Positions 30,825 through 44,126 of a stretch of DNA of 64,000 bases are shown here, one piece after another (the stretch's first letter is position 1; each line of letters starts with the position of its first letter). The position numbers and the translations under genes were made by a program. The notes under the pieces are model-generated. The model did not search any database and had not been told where the DNA came from. It saw only the letters and a program-made list of their open reading frames with translations. The DNA lies in NCBI GenBank assembly GCA_951406725.2, contig OX597816.1:153760001-153824000 (forward strand), read 5' to 3'. This DNA is from Octopus vulgaris. Its lineage: Eukaryota.

Positions 30825-31265
30825 CTAAATTAGCACTGAGGGTAGAGATTCTAAAAGCATAGTAGCCAAAGTAAGAAATGAAAAGTTGAAGGAGCTAGTA
30901 TCTCTTCCAACAACAAAGGATTTCTCTCTCAGAGTGAGGGGAAGATTGTATGATGCCTTTATGTAATGTGTGATGCTGCATGATAGTGAGACAGGGGCAC
31001 TGAAAAGAGGATCTGTGAAGTCTAGAAAGAAATGAAACAAGTGTGCTCTGCTAAATAGTATGCATGAGCAACAAAGCACAAATAAGCTGAGAGAAAACCT
31101 GAATATAAGAGAAATCAAGAATAGGGTGCAAGAGAGAAAACTGTGTTTGTTTTGGGTACATGATATGTTTGGGAGAGACAGCTGTATAAAGATGTGCTAT
31201 GTAAAGGGAGACTGGAGAAGGCTTGCAGATAAAGTGGTAAAGACAGAACTGAAGATGTTACACTT
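30825..31265 (+). mobile_element. Decayed RTE LINE 3' fragment
   Basis: SLRVRGRLYDA...MLHDSET motif homologous to 24900-25100. Confidence 0.75.
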
Positions 31266-34200
31266 TACAGTCACCATCATCATCAAACATTGGTCATCAT
31301 GCTGGTAAGGGTTGATAAGCTGAGGGGCTGCACCAGACTCTAGTTTGATTTGGCATGGTTTCTACAGCTGGATGTCCTTCCTAACACAACCACTCCAACA
31401 GTGTAATGGATGCTTTTACATACCACCAGCACAGATATCAGCTGCATGACACCATTATCTGCCATGACTACAATTTCACTTGGCTTGATGGGTCTTCCTC
31501 TCAAGCATAGCATACTGCCAAAGATCTGTCATTTGTCATCGCCTCTGCGAGGTATTGAAGATAATAAAGGACTGTGTTGACTGGCAGCAAACAGTAAGAG
31601 AAAAAACACACTTGCCCACCCTGGCATGACAAAACAGGTGCTGAAATTTGTGGAGTGTGAGATCCCCTTAAGTGAGGGACATGGCCACCTCTATAGTACT
31701 AGCATCACAAAAAAAAAACAATATATAAAGCATGAGGTTGTGAGGGCCTTTTAGTCTCTTATCGAGAACATGAAATTTCTTTAATGTTGTTGCCACATAA
31801 AAAGCACCCAGTGCATTCTGTAAAGTGGTTGATGCTAAGAAGGGCATCTAGCTGTAGAAACCAAACCAAAAATGAAATACGTGATGCAGTCCCTTGACTC
31901 AACTAAGTGAGCATTAGCTGCAAATATGTGCTAACTCAGTGATGACTTCACCAACCCACATAAGCATGGATGGAAGATATAAAACAATGATGATTATGAT
32001 CACACACACATTATAATGTTTATCAATATGAGATAACAGATAAATCATAGAGTGAACTCACTAGTGATCCTGAGCTAATATGTAAACAAGAAAAGGGTAG
32101 TTCTTTAACGACCAAAACACAGTATCAATGGTACAGATTTTTCTTATGAGACACATTGGACTATATGCACATCATTTTCAAAACTAATAGAATCTTGTAA
32201 GTATAAGGGAGATGACTTTTGCAGTTTTTCTAACATAGTGGCTATGTGATATAGGAGATTATATCTAATAAAATTTTAGTGAAAGTGAGATAACTTCTAT
32301 TAAAGGAATTAGTTAACATGAAATTATAGAGTGAAAATATATAAGTTCTTATATAGAATTCAAATTTGTCGATAAAAATTTATAATTCAAAGACAAAGTC
32401 CTTAGAAATATAAAGAATAATAAAACACGATAGACAGAGGGACAAAGATTAAAAGTAAATCTAAATTATGAAATAAACTGAAATAAAATAGCTTTGTAGT
32501 AAATTAGTAGGATAAGTAATTAGGAAGATTTATGAGATATCAGAACTTCAAGAAAACTTAAGAGAAATGTCTGCATGGACCAAAACATTTAGATTGAGTA
32601 TTTAAGTAGTCTTTTAGAAACAGTATTGTCATCTTCTCAACAGTGCACATACAGCTTCCTCATCCCTGTTGATATATGACCTACTTTACTCTCTAATTCT
32701 CTACTTAATTGGTGTAGTCTGTGTTGTTCTTAGTCATCAGGTGTATTTCCATAAAGTTGTATACGTCAATTTTGATTTATCTCTAAAGGAGCCAGTAGAG
32801 TTAGCCTATATTTTAATTATTTAACTGTCATTCTGTCATCCTGATATATTTCTTTTGTCTGTTGATCCTTTCCAGCCTTCTTCAGGTACTTGTTGTATGT
32901 AATGTTCTCAAGATTTCAAACCAAACCCTTATTTAATCTACAGGAGTCAATTGTGAACATTTCATTGTCCATACTAGAGATATTTTCCTGTTAGTTATTC
33001 TTCTAGTGACGTCACTTGCTCATATTATTTTATTAAACTAGCTAAAAGAATAGTCAAAACCATTGCTATCTTTCCACTCTTTATTAGAGGTATGATACAA
33101 CAAATTCAAAAGACCTGCTGTACATAAAACGTCAAGACAATTTAAAAAGTAGGCCAAGCCTTCATGGACAACTCTCCCAACGGAAGCCTCCATCAAAAGA
33201 GATAAGGAACAAGAACTGTGTGTATTCCATGCAGCTGTACCAATGAATACGGAAGCGAGACCAGTCACATTTAAAAGTAAAACTAAAGGAACATTGCATC
33301 CATGGGGAAGCAGAAAATTCAAGCATGGCTATTCATTTGTGGAGGGAAAAGTGAAGTCACCAGCTCTGACAATATAAAACATAGAACAGGAAGAATCAAC
33401 ACATATGCAGAGCTTTCACAACCTCTTCTGTTGATTCGGCATAGACATGAACATTGGATAGGAGTCTTTTATTAAGAAAGAACATTAGAACTACATATGA
33501 GCTCCTAATTTTCATTACCTAACTGTCCTGTGGAACAATAAAATAGTAAATACAAGTGCTGATGAAGTAATAAGTGTAGTACTTCAACTAGATAATGAGA
33601 TTAATCTCTGGGTCAATTAAACAATATATATTTCGACTTAAGTAAGTAGAGTCAGCAAGAGACATCACAAGTAGAATAACTAACAGAAGAATATCTCTTT
33701 TCTGGACAAATTTAATACAAACAATCTACTCAAGATTTAATAAAAGTTTCAGTTTGTAATAGCAACAATGTTACTGAATATGACAAGTAAAGAAGATCCA
33801 GAGACCACAAGGAGCAAAATAATGTGATTTTAATAACCAAGATAAGGATACTAATATCTTTATAATAACACACACATACACATGAATACAAGTGCATAAT
33901 GAAGTGTAGGTCATTAAAAGTGGCTGTGACTTGTGGAAGACATGAGACAAAGTAGTGAAGGCTGATTTCAAGATGCCGTGCACTACAGCAAAAATGATGT
34001 CCTAAAACCACCTTGGTCATGCTTGAAAATGCAGAGTCCTGTCCCTTCACCCTTACAGCCCCACCAAGCACTCTCCACATTTCATCCCCTAACACCCATC
34101 ACTTTTTCTTCTACAGCACTAATTGGCTGCTTTACAGTTATCTCCATCCACCTTCCATTTCTCATTCCTATTATCATCCCTTTCCATACTATTTCCACCA

Positions 34201-37051
34201 ATCACCTTTCTGTGCCTTCAGCCACCACACTCTTCCCTCTGCCATACTCTAACCTAACACCTCTCAAACCTGCTATCATTCTCAACATACACTCATACTG
34301 CCATCATGCCCCCCTCCCCCAACCATAGCTACTTGCATGTACCTCTACATCTTCCTCCTCATAAATCCAATGACTTGTACATCATTTCCCTACTTTTTGA
34401 TCTATTCTACTTCCTGAGCCACTTGTATCACTCTCAGCTTACCCTCTCTCCATACAGGTATTTTCCATCAACTACATCCCCACTTGTTCATTCACCTCAA
34501 ACCATTTATTACTCTCCTCTCACACTCTTACAAAACTATCCCCATTCCCCTCTGACCCACAGCCAGTAACATCTCTTATAAACATCTTGTATCTTGAGAT
34601 GCTCTGACATTTTGTCACCACCATCTCTACCTTCTCTCCAACTACTTTCGACCACCCTTATTTAATACAGAGTAGCAATGTATTTTTTCTATAGGAAGAC
34701 ACCTGTACTTGTCCCTCTATCATACATCAACCTTTGAACACTTGGTATAAAACCACTTCCCATCCCCTTCAAATACTCCCTTCACCCACTTAGTCTATTT
34801 TCTTTTACCAGTTCTTTTTTCGTAATATTGGTGGCACACAAAAAAAAGCAGTCACAACACACTCTAAAGTGGTTGGTGTTTTAGAAAGGGTATCCAACCA
34901 TAGAAACTATGCCATCAGAGCTGACATCAGAGCTCAATGTGGTCATTGGGATTCGCCAAATCCAATCAAACCAACCAACCCACCCATGACAACATGGAAA
35001 ACAAAACACTAAAAGATTATTTTTATATACATATATACAAACACATTATACAGTGTGTGTGGTGAGTGTGTGTGTGTATGTGTGTGTGTGTAAATAATAC
35101 ATACACATACCAATGCATATGCATACATACAAATATGTGTTAATTAAAAAATGTATCTTATGGGTTAATGTTATATGAAACACTTTTACAAAATGTGTTC
35201 AATACTGAATTTCTTCAATCACCTTAAATATAAATGAAATTCTTGTTTCATGCATTGTAATGACAAAGTAAAAGGTAGGACCAATTTTGCAGGAGTTTCA
35301 TCACAGGTCTTCATGCTTTTGCAAGTTGCAACAACTGATTGTTAAATTGTTAATATGACTTATGATCTAGACTAATTGGGTGAATACTTGATAGGGATTT
35401 TTCTAAGATGGGTATATTGTTACAAGCAGATGCTGGTACAGAATCCTAAATAATTATAAAGAAGTAAGGAGAAAAAATTGGAGGGGTGATGTTGATACGC
35501 TTCCAAATACAAAGCATTTTGGATTTGGGCAAATGAAAGATACAAATTGCTGCATATCTGGAATCTTGTTAGTCCCATGCAACATGATCCAAACATTTCA
35601 ATGATGCTATCTAACTTCTCAGCATACTGATGAAACAAATAAGAAATCTGACCGTAATAGGAGAGAAAAAAAATCTATTTGAAATGCTCACAGTCCATAG
35701 CCTGTGTTGTAAAATGAGAAAATAAAATAGGTACAGAATATTATATATTAAAATGCATTATTTAATATAAATCATATTTATGAACTTTTGATGAATACTA
35801 CAATGACTTGTAAGTTAGATAAATATAACTGTTCTGTACAATGAGTAAAAATTGAAAAAAGCAAATATGGATCTAATGTAACATTATTTAAAACAAAATG
35901 CACAATCATTTAAGGAACAAAATAAACCAATCTTAAATCAGGTCAGGAAAAAAAATCATAGATTTGTACAGAGTATATTCACACTGGCATATAATTGGAC
36001 ATTGTTCAACATTTTTTAAAACTTTGCCTAACTTTTACTATACATAACAAAAGCACTGTAACATTTCTATATTGGAATATCATTAAATCCTACTTTCCTA
36101 GAAGTTGTTTAGTTCAAATTTTATTCAATATATATGCTCTTACTAACTTAAACAGCAAAAATAGAGATAATTTAAAGAAATCAGTTGTTATATTATACAC
36201 CTGGCTTTTGCCATATGTGTGTCTGAAATCATTAACTTACACCATATCTTCCTTATTTCCACAGTACATTAGTTCAAATGGCTCAAATCACTTAACCTTA
36301 AACCAGTTCCACAAAGAAGTAACAAACTGCCATGGTCTGTGGATAGAAGGTACTTTACTTCAGATAACAATTTCAGTGGTTTTCTTAAAAATATGACTGT
36401 AATAGTAACCAAAGTTTCTCCATGCCACTCTAAGTATTTACCCATCTAAGTAGTAGTAGTACATGTTAATGATAGATGTGTTAGTTTTTAGTTATCATGA
36501 GACAAAATAGGTCAGCAGAAACAGAATTTGGTCTTGTTAAAAGAAATCAGTAAATAAGAAAGGATTGTGTAGGAGTTAGAGTCCATGTACACATCAGCAT
36601 AAATCACTATTTAACTATAACAAGAGATAGAAAGAGATAGAAAGCAAAGAAATCCACATGGATATCAAGATAAAATTGAATATAACATTGTACAAAAATG
36701 TTCAACCAGCAACAATAGTAGTCATTTCTAATAACTAATTTGATTAGTTTCAACAAACAACGCATTTAGTGTAAAATGGCTGTAATTAAAATAAGAAGAA
36801 AGCAGCTATACAATAAATGTATATCATAAATAAGCTAAACTTTGATTTAAATTATACAGTATGTGAAGGAGAGAGAAACGTGTGTGTGTGTGTGTGTTTA
36901 TGCATGTGCACAAGGTCTCATGCAAATGCACACAACACAGCACTGATTTTGCTGACAAGAAAGAAGACAAAACATTACTGTTTAGTAGGTTCATGCTTTG
37001 TCATTTAAAATTTTAAGACTTACAATTAATGCTTTTACATTCATACTTACA

Positions 37052-37093
<42 letters not shown>

Positions 37094-37198
37094 ATATATT
37101 GTTTCTATCATACATATGCTGAGAGCAAGGTGTACACAGAACCAGAAATGGTGACCACAAACACACACACATTTATTTTATCTATCTATCTATCTATC

Positions 37199-37235
<37 letters not shown>

Positions 37236-37307
37236 GATAATAAAATGAATGGTTTAAACCTGGTAGCTTACTGGTAAAGCATGGTCACTGTGAAAGTGAC
37301 CATTATG

Positions 37308-37702
37308 TATATGGCAAATGAAAGATGGAAGATATGAAAATTTATTATTAATCACGACAATTGTTTCAACACATCTAGCATCAATCCTACATGGGTGGGA
37401 CACTCAACAACTAGTTCAGGAGCTTCCAGCAGTGCAGATGTATCTCACTGGGTGATAAATAGACACAACTCATTAAAATAACAGTTCAGCAATGTAACTT
37501 CTTGTTTTGTAGAAAGAAAAGCAGCCAGACGGAGGAAATGTCTTCATTTACATAGAAGATCAAAATAAAATCACAGATGTAAATGGGCGTTCCTGAACCA
37601 GTTGCTGAGTGTCCCACCTATGAGGGATCGATGTTAGATGTGTCGAAACAATTGCTGTGATTAATAATAGATTCTCGTATATTCCATCTTCTGTCTTTCA
37701 TT

Positions 37703-37712
<10 letters not shown>
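37308..37712. mobile_element. Fold-back element with ~115-bp inverted arms (Penelope pLTR-like) carrying a degenerate hammerhead
   Basis: Arm 37308-37421 is the reverse complement of 37591-37712 with scattered mismatches; flanked by (TA)n. Confidence 0.75.
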
Positions 37713-37742
<30 letters not shown>

Positions 37743-37949
37743 TACAATGTGTATCTAAATTAACAAAAATTAATCTACATAAATATATATTAAAAAACTA
37801 AAATGAAAAAATAAAGTTGTCACATACTATATGTTATAATTCATTAGTATTTGTCACAAAATTCTATATAGAAAAAAATTTTTTTTAAACAACTGAAAAA
37901 ATAATGGTTACATGTCTAAAAATACTTATATCTAAAAAAAATAGCTTAC

Positions 37950-38039
37950 CTGGTTTTTTGAATGGAGCATTTGAAAAAGGATCCGATGAATCAGACCCTG
38001 ACATTACCAAATCTTCTCTGCTTTTCACATTTGATATAC
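37950..38039 (-). CDS. AAK1: AAK1/BMP2K-like exon (SISNVKSREDLVMSGSDSSDPFSNAPFKKP)
   Basis: Acceptor cattctgtAG, donor CAG/GTaagc, 90 bp, phase 1->1. Contains a DPF..APF endocytic-type motif. Confidence 0.85.
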
Positions 38040-39839
38040 CTACAGAATGAAATGGTTCACTAGTTGAAAGCTCGTTATTTTGCTTTACATAAAAGATGAT
38101 ATAATCTTTGAAACAATGTAAACTTACTTTTGCAATAAATCTGTTACCTGAAAATATGTTATTAACTTGAATTTTCAAAGTAAATATGAAATTATAATTT
38201 TCTTATGCTTAAATATCTGAAAGGTGTTATTACCAAATTTATAATTTCTTCTTCATAATATTTTCATCTACACTGTTTTGAACTAACTGACTTGTGATTT
38301 TCATTGAGTCTCTAATTCTTGGATATGACATCAATCTGAATTCAAAGAAGACTCTTCTTAACCAAGAATCATAGCATTCTTATCCATATGCATGAATAGC
38401 CTAGTAAATATGAACATTACTATTCTTATGTTAGAAGTAAAGGTTTCAATTTTATTTAATTTCTTGCAAAGATACTCAATTCCTTTGTTCAGCTTGCAAT
38501 TAAGTTATCCTTAGGCACAGTATCTATAATGAAAGCAGTAGTGAGTTCAGAATATACATAATGCGGATGTCTATGTACTTACTGAGGACAGGTATGGCCA
38601 TATTCTTAAAACGTTTTCTTTACAATGATCCCACTAAGTTTGATTCCACTGAGTGACACCATAAACAAGTATTTTTCTATTGCCTTGGGTTGATCCAAGC
38701 GGTGTAAGTAAAACTGAGTAGAAGGCAATGGCAGAACCCCATCAGATATACTTATAATTCAAAGGACTTGCCATGTCAAACACTATGTCACACTAATTTG
38801 GTTTGAGGATTACTTTAAGATGGCAAATATCAGTGAAATACCAACAGGCTCCCTTCCTTTTAGGACTGTCAGGGTGTGAATAAGCACTAAATGCTTGGCA
38901 TGGAACTTTCCTGGACGAATACAAAGGAGGTTTCTTGTTACCTTCCTTTGAGTATTTTTTTTTAAAAGATACCATCTTGTCAGCCAGACACAAACAAGTT
39001 TACTACACTTGCCTGAGCACACAGAGCATAATGAGCCAAAAAATATCCAAAAGTATTTTTTTTCAACTTTCTAACAACTCATTTGCTCCTTCATTCTTGA
39101 CAGGTACTTTATATTATCAAACCCAGAAGGATGGAAGACCAAGATGAAATTGGCAAGATTTGAATTAAGATTTAACCATAACAAATACTGCATGGTATTT
39201 TATCCAATCCCCATACAATTCTGCCCATCTTGCACCTCCTCAAATATTCAGTCACTTACATTATAATTCAATGAAAGGTAGATCAGTTGATTGAACAAAT
39301 GGACACTAATCATTGATATTGATGGCATATCCATTTACTGCAGAAGTAATATATAATTAACAGATGTTTTGTCAACCTGCATTGCTGAATTCATATCCTC
39401 CTATAGGCAGAACCTGTGAAAACCAAGCATCCTATTCCAGAGAAGTTGCTCCCAACAGCTTTGTTACTGGGAAAATAGATAAATATTTGAACGCTGCAGT
39501 GCCTTCTGGTAATGGTAATAGATAAATAATACAATTCTATCTTAAGAAAATATTCATTTTTCTAAGCAATCATGAGTTGGATTATTCTGTTACGTATCTT
39601 TTACTTGTTTCAGTCATTAGACCGTGGCCATGCTGGGGCACTGCCTTGGAGAATTTTTAGTCAAATGTATCAACCCCAGGACTTATTCTATTGGTCTCTT
39701 TTGCCGAACTGCTACATTACAGGGATGTAAACACACCAGCACTGGTTGTCATGTGGTGGTGAGGACACAAACACAGACACAAAGATATACATATATACAA
39801 TGGGCTTCTTTCAGTTTCTTATTTCTTTACTGCCCACAA

Positions 39840-40035
39840 GGGGCTACACACAGAGGGGACAAACGGATTAAGTTGATTATATCAACCCCAGTGCGTAACT
39901 GGTACTTATTTAATTGACCCTAAAAGGATGAAAGGCAAAGTTGACCTCAGTGGAATTTGAACTCAGAACGTAGCGGCAGGCGAAATACCACTAAGCATTT
40001 TGCCTGGCATGCTAACATTTCTGCCAGCTTGCCGC
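39840..40035 (-). mobile_element. tRNA-derived SINE, relatively well preserved copy
   Basis: Minus strand gcggcaagctggcagaaatgttagc...ctgagttcaaattcc...ctttgcctttcatcc...aagtaccag. Confidence 0.85.
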
Positions 40036-40359
40036 TTCTTTCAGTTTCTGTTTACCAGATCCACTCGCAAAGCTTTGCTTGGCCCAATGCTACAGTAGAA
40101 GACACTTGCCTAAGGTGTTATGCAGTGAGCTATGCCAGTGCCTATATGAATTTTTATACTATTTTTTAACAACTTCTTTATACTTAAACAACCAACTAAA
40201 ATAAGTGAATATTTTTCAACAGGATAAGCTAGTGGTTATCAACGCATCATGTACTATCCTTATTTTTAGGGAGATCAATGAAATCACAAATATTTGACAA
40301 TCTTGTTTTCAAAATAAAAGATGAACATTCACAAAGAGAAATCAGGACTGGAGACTTAC

Positions 40360-40496
40360 TACTATTTGAACCTCGCCGAATTTTATCAAATTCTTTTCCA
40401 AAAATAATATCTTCAGTATAGGAACTAAAGTGGTCTTCTCCAAATGGATTCCAATCAGAAATGTCCATTGATAATGGCCGAGAAAGATTGGGAGAC
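40360..40496 (-). CDS. AAK1: AAK1/BMP2K-like exon (SPNLSRPLSMDISDWNPFGEDHFSSYTEDIIFGKEFDKIRRGSNS)
   Basis: Acceptor ttattctctAG, donor GTaagt, phase 2->1. WNPFGED.F...EFD resembles AAK1/BMP2K WNPF(D/G)(D/E)DNFSKLT. Confidence 0.9.
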
Positions 40497-41179
40497 CTAG
40501 AGAATAAAAATGGATTAATTTAGTATATAACAGTAATTATTATTTTTATATTGATTAAGATCAGAGGAAGTGAACGACAGGTTAAATGGCTATATTCCAT
40601 TAAAATAATTATTACCAGTTTTTTAAGTGGGATGGGGATGAGCAGCAAGATTAATATAGAAAACTAAATACTAAAGTATTTAGTCCAACAATCTAGATTT
40701 TACTGATTATATGGAAGTAAATTAACAGCATTGTTATCTAATTTAGAGCTTTGTGATTATGGTTTAAATTTCACAGGATTAATTTTTTCCCTTTTCATCT
40801 GAGAAGAAAACTAATACCAATGAAATATTAGGGCCAAATCAATTTCTTGCATTTCATATGTAAATATACAATATTTCTTTTAATGTTATTTTAATCCTAT
40901 CTATATTTTCTATTTTCAAATTTTATTTTTAAATATAGCATGTTGTCATTTTAAACAATATAGCACGATATTCATGTACCCATACCTTACATGACATAAC
41001 TTATACATCCTCCTCTACAATATTAGAGTTATAATTGCTATTCTTGATACAACACAAAAAAAGAGTCCAAATAAAATTATGAAGCTTATAAGGTGAGATG
41101 AGAGTTCAAACATTGATTTCTTTGATTGACAGGCTGGTATATGTAGTCTGCTGTCACAGCACTCCATCAGTTACGACAA

Positions 41180-41512
41180 TAATCAACGGAACAGCCTGCT
41201 TGTGAAATTAACGTTTAAGTGGCTGAGCATTCCAGAGACATGTGTATCCTTAACGTAGTTCTCAGGGGAGATTCAGTGTGACACAGAGTGTGACAAAGCT
41301 GGCCCTTTGAAATACAGGTACAACAGAAACAGGAAGAAAGAAAGTTGTGGTGAAAGAATACAGCAGGGCTCGCCACCACCCCCTGCTGGAGCCTCACAAA
41401 GCTTTAGGTGTTTTCACTCAATAAACACTCACAACGCCCAGTCTAGGAATCGAAACCGCAATCCTTCAACCATGAGTCCGCTGCCCTAACCACTGGGCCA
41501 TTGCGCCTCCAC
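41180..41512 (-). mobile_element. tRNA-derived SINE of a second family
   Basis: Minus-strand head ggaggcgcaaTGGCCCAGTGGttagggcagcggac...GGTTTCGATTCC (A and B boxes). Confidence 0.8.
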
Positions 41513-41829
41513 AGTCTGTTGTAATATAGAATTCAATCATTCACTGCTTATCAAACAAAAAACAAGAACCAGAACTTGGTAATTGAAGAATTTAAAAACT
41601 AACGTTTCCATGTGAATGAAAGATAGACTGAGCTACATATAAAACCTGCAAGGGAGGCAATTTGAAAGGGAATATTAAGTAGTTTGTCTACTTGAGCAAA
41701 CCTGTCATGAAGTGGTTCTCATTGAATACTCAGAAACTATCAGTAGATCTAGCACTTCTGGCATGCCATGTTTCAGGTCTGGGATTGATCTGATATCATA
41801 CAACAACCGGATGTATTTAGTTCAATGTT

Positions 41830-42370
41830 CCAGTCAAGATATGATGTATGACATATAGTATATCAGTTAGAAGGTATTCCATGGTGTACAGTGCAGCAGT
41901 CAGGGTATGCCCAATAGGATATACTACAGACAATATGCTGTATGGAGTACAATTCGATGGGCAAGTGTAAGTTATGAGGAGTGCAGTTTGACAAAGAATA
42001 TATTGTATAGTGTGACAGAGACATAAAGTACAGTGTAACACTCAGAGTATGTTGTATGGAAATCAGAGAAATAGGATATGTTGTGTGAAATACAATGTAG
42101 TATGTGTAGGGTATAATGCATGAAGTACAATGAAGACGTGCAAAGTACAGTGTGGCCATCAGATATGTTGTTTGAAGTACAAAGAAGTAGTGAGAGTATG
42201 TGTGAAGTACAGTGATGACATGCTAGGTGACATATACTGTGGCTGCCAAAAATATACTGTTTTGTAACATGAAGAATGTGGGTTAGAGTATGTCAGAATG
42301 TTGTGTGAAAAGAAGTGTAATAATCAGAGTATGTTGTACAGAATGTATTGCAGTAATCAGCATATGATAC
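41830..42370. repeat. Degenerate minisatellite (~30-bp units, gagtatgttgtatgaagtacagtg-like)
   Basis: Recurring atatgttgtgtgaa / aagtacagtgt words at roughly 30-bp spacing. Confidence 0.55.
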
Positions 42371-42790
42371 ATTTATTTCTCTTTATGAATAATCATTAAG
42401 TATAATGGTTTATGAATAATCATTAAGTATAATTCCCTGGTGAGAAAGAAGGATTTTGTTAATGTGTGAGTTAACACATTAACAGTTCAGACCTAGTAAG
42501 CAACTGAGGTTACACTGGTGTTTCTTTTGTATTCATAATCAGCTTCTGCTTTATTTTCATAATTTGGATCTAACCTCAACCCTGATATTCTCTAATTAAC
42601 CAAAGATTGGCACTTATCATGCTAAAAGTGGTAAATCTTGTCTCACAAGAGAAAATAACTAAAAGTAAAAATTTTAAATAAAGATGACCAAAAAGAATAT
42701 AGAGAATCTGGTATCTAAAAATTGCCTGTACACACACCAATTGAAATGTAGAAATAACAAACCAAACTTTTCAAAATAATAATAATAAAG

Positions 42791-44126
42791 TAAATATTTT
42801 TTTAAAGAAATGTCACTATTATACTAGTATATGCAAATTGTTACATAAAGAAACAATAAGTAGAACCCCAACCAGAATAATTAAAGACAAGACATACTGA
42901 ACACTCTTGATCTCTTTGAAACTTAGCATTTCCCAAACTACCACAGACTGCACTTGTCAGATCATTCAACCATTGCCAAATCAAAGCAGTAGTCACATTT
43001 CAACAGTCTCACTATCTCATACATTTACAGGTGCAGAAATACTTCCAGTCACTTCAAACCAACACTCAATGCCCATTCTATTACTCTCAAGTAGTGCACA
43101 CCAGGGCTAGACCATCATCAAACTTTTCAATCATCCTTCTCTATCTACAGACATGCTACAATGTGTTCCATCTGCAAGCAGGGAAATTTCACCATCCTAT
43201 CAACTACTAATCAATTATTCTTACTATAAGTAATGGAAACAATAATTAAGAAACAACACCTCTTATACCTTGGAGCTCTCTTCCTCATCTTTAATCATTA
43301 GTAAAACTTCTGTAGAGTCTGATTTACTGAGGTCATGTCATTCATTAGGGGCCACCATGACTGTGGGTTGTTCAGCAAAAGCAATGCTACCATCCTTGAC
43401 TTAAATAAAGCTTCTGAACATGCTTGACATCAGAACCCCTCAGCTAAGCTCACTTGTAGCACCTTGTTTGCTTTTTTTTTTTCATTTGAAGCCGCCTGTC
43501 AGACAGTACCATCATACTGTGCACAAACAGAGCTCTCTCTGACTCACACAATCAACTTTGATATGCATGTAAGATCTGGTTATGTTCTCCTACATTTTTC
43601 TTCCTCTATACTCACAATCTGATTGCTTTCACCTCTAATAATATTCCCATCTATGCAAATAATACTATTCTTCATTTAACATCACAAGCTAACAGAGTAC
43701 CTATTCACAGTTAGATGGTTTGCATCAGTTGCACATACGCATAGTGTCAATAACAGGATGCCAACAAGAGGCATTGACTAAGTGTAAACCAGCATCCAAG
43801 GACTCTACATCTACATACCTATTCCCAACAGAGATGTAGAAAGTTATGTGTACTAACCAAATATTTAAGGAAGCATATGCCATAGAATAGACTCAAAATT
43901 TATGAGTTGGTACTCAAATGCTTTTTTCATTAAGCCTTCTCATAGCTACCAATATACTTCATGTGGTGTGTTAGAACTATCGGTTGCTCTGGCTTAGTTT
44001 GTGAAGTGATAAATATTTTTAAAAAAGAAATGTGACTATTATACTAGTATATGCAAATTGTTACATAAAGAAACAAAATTAGAACCCCAACCAGAATAAT
44101 TAAAGACAAGACATACTGAATACTCT
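42791..44126. repeat. 117-bp direct repeat (42791-42907 and 44010-44126) flanking a 1.1-kb decayed LINE-like segment
   Basis: aaagaaatgt(c/g)actattatactagtatatgcaaattgttacataaagaaacaa...tagaaccccaaccagaataattaaagacaagacatactgaa(c/t)actct occurs twice. The interior has an LDLNKAS..H (RT motif A-like) remnant near 43396. Confidence 0.85.

Noticed and set aside
29560-33720. Short ORFs in coding-like sequence between the RTE copies
   Set aside because: No splice-consistent exon of the host gene found; appears to be very old LINE debris that I cannot classify reliably.
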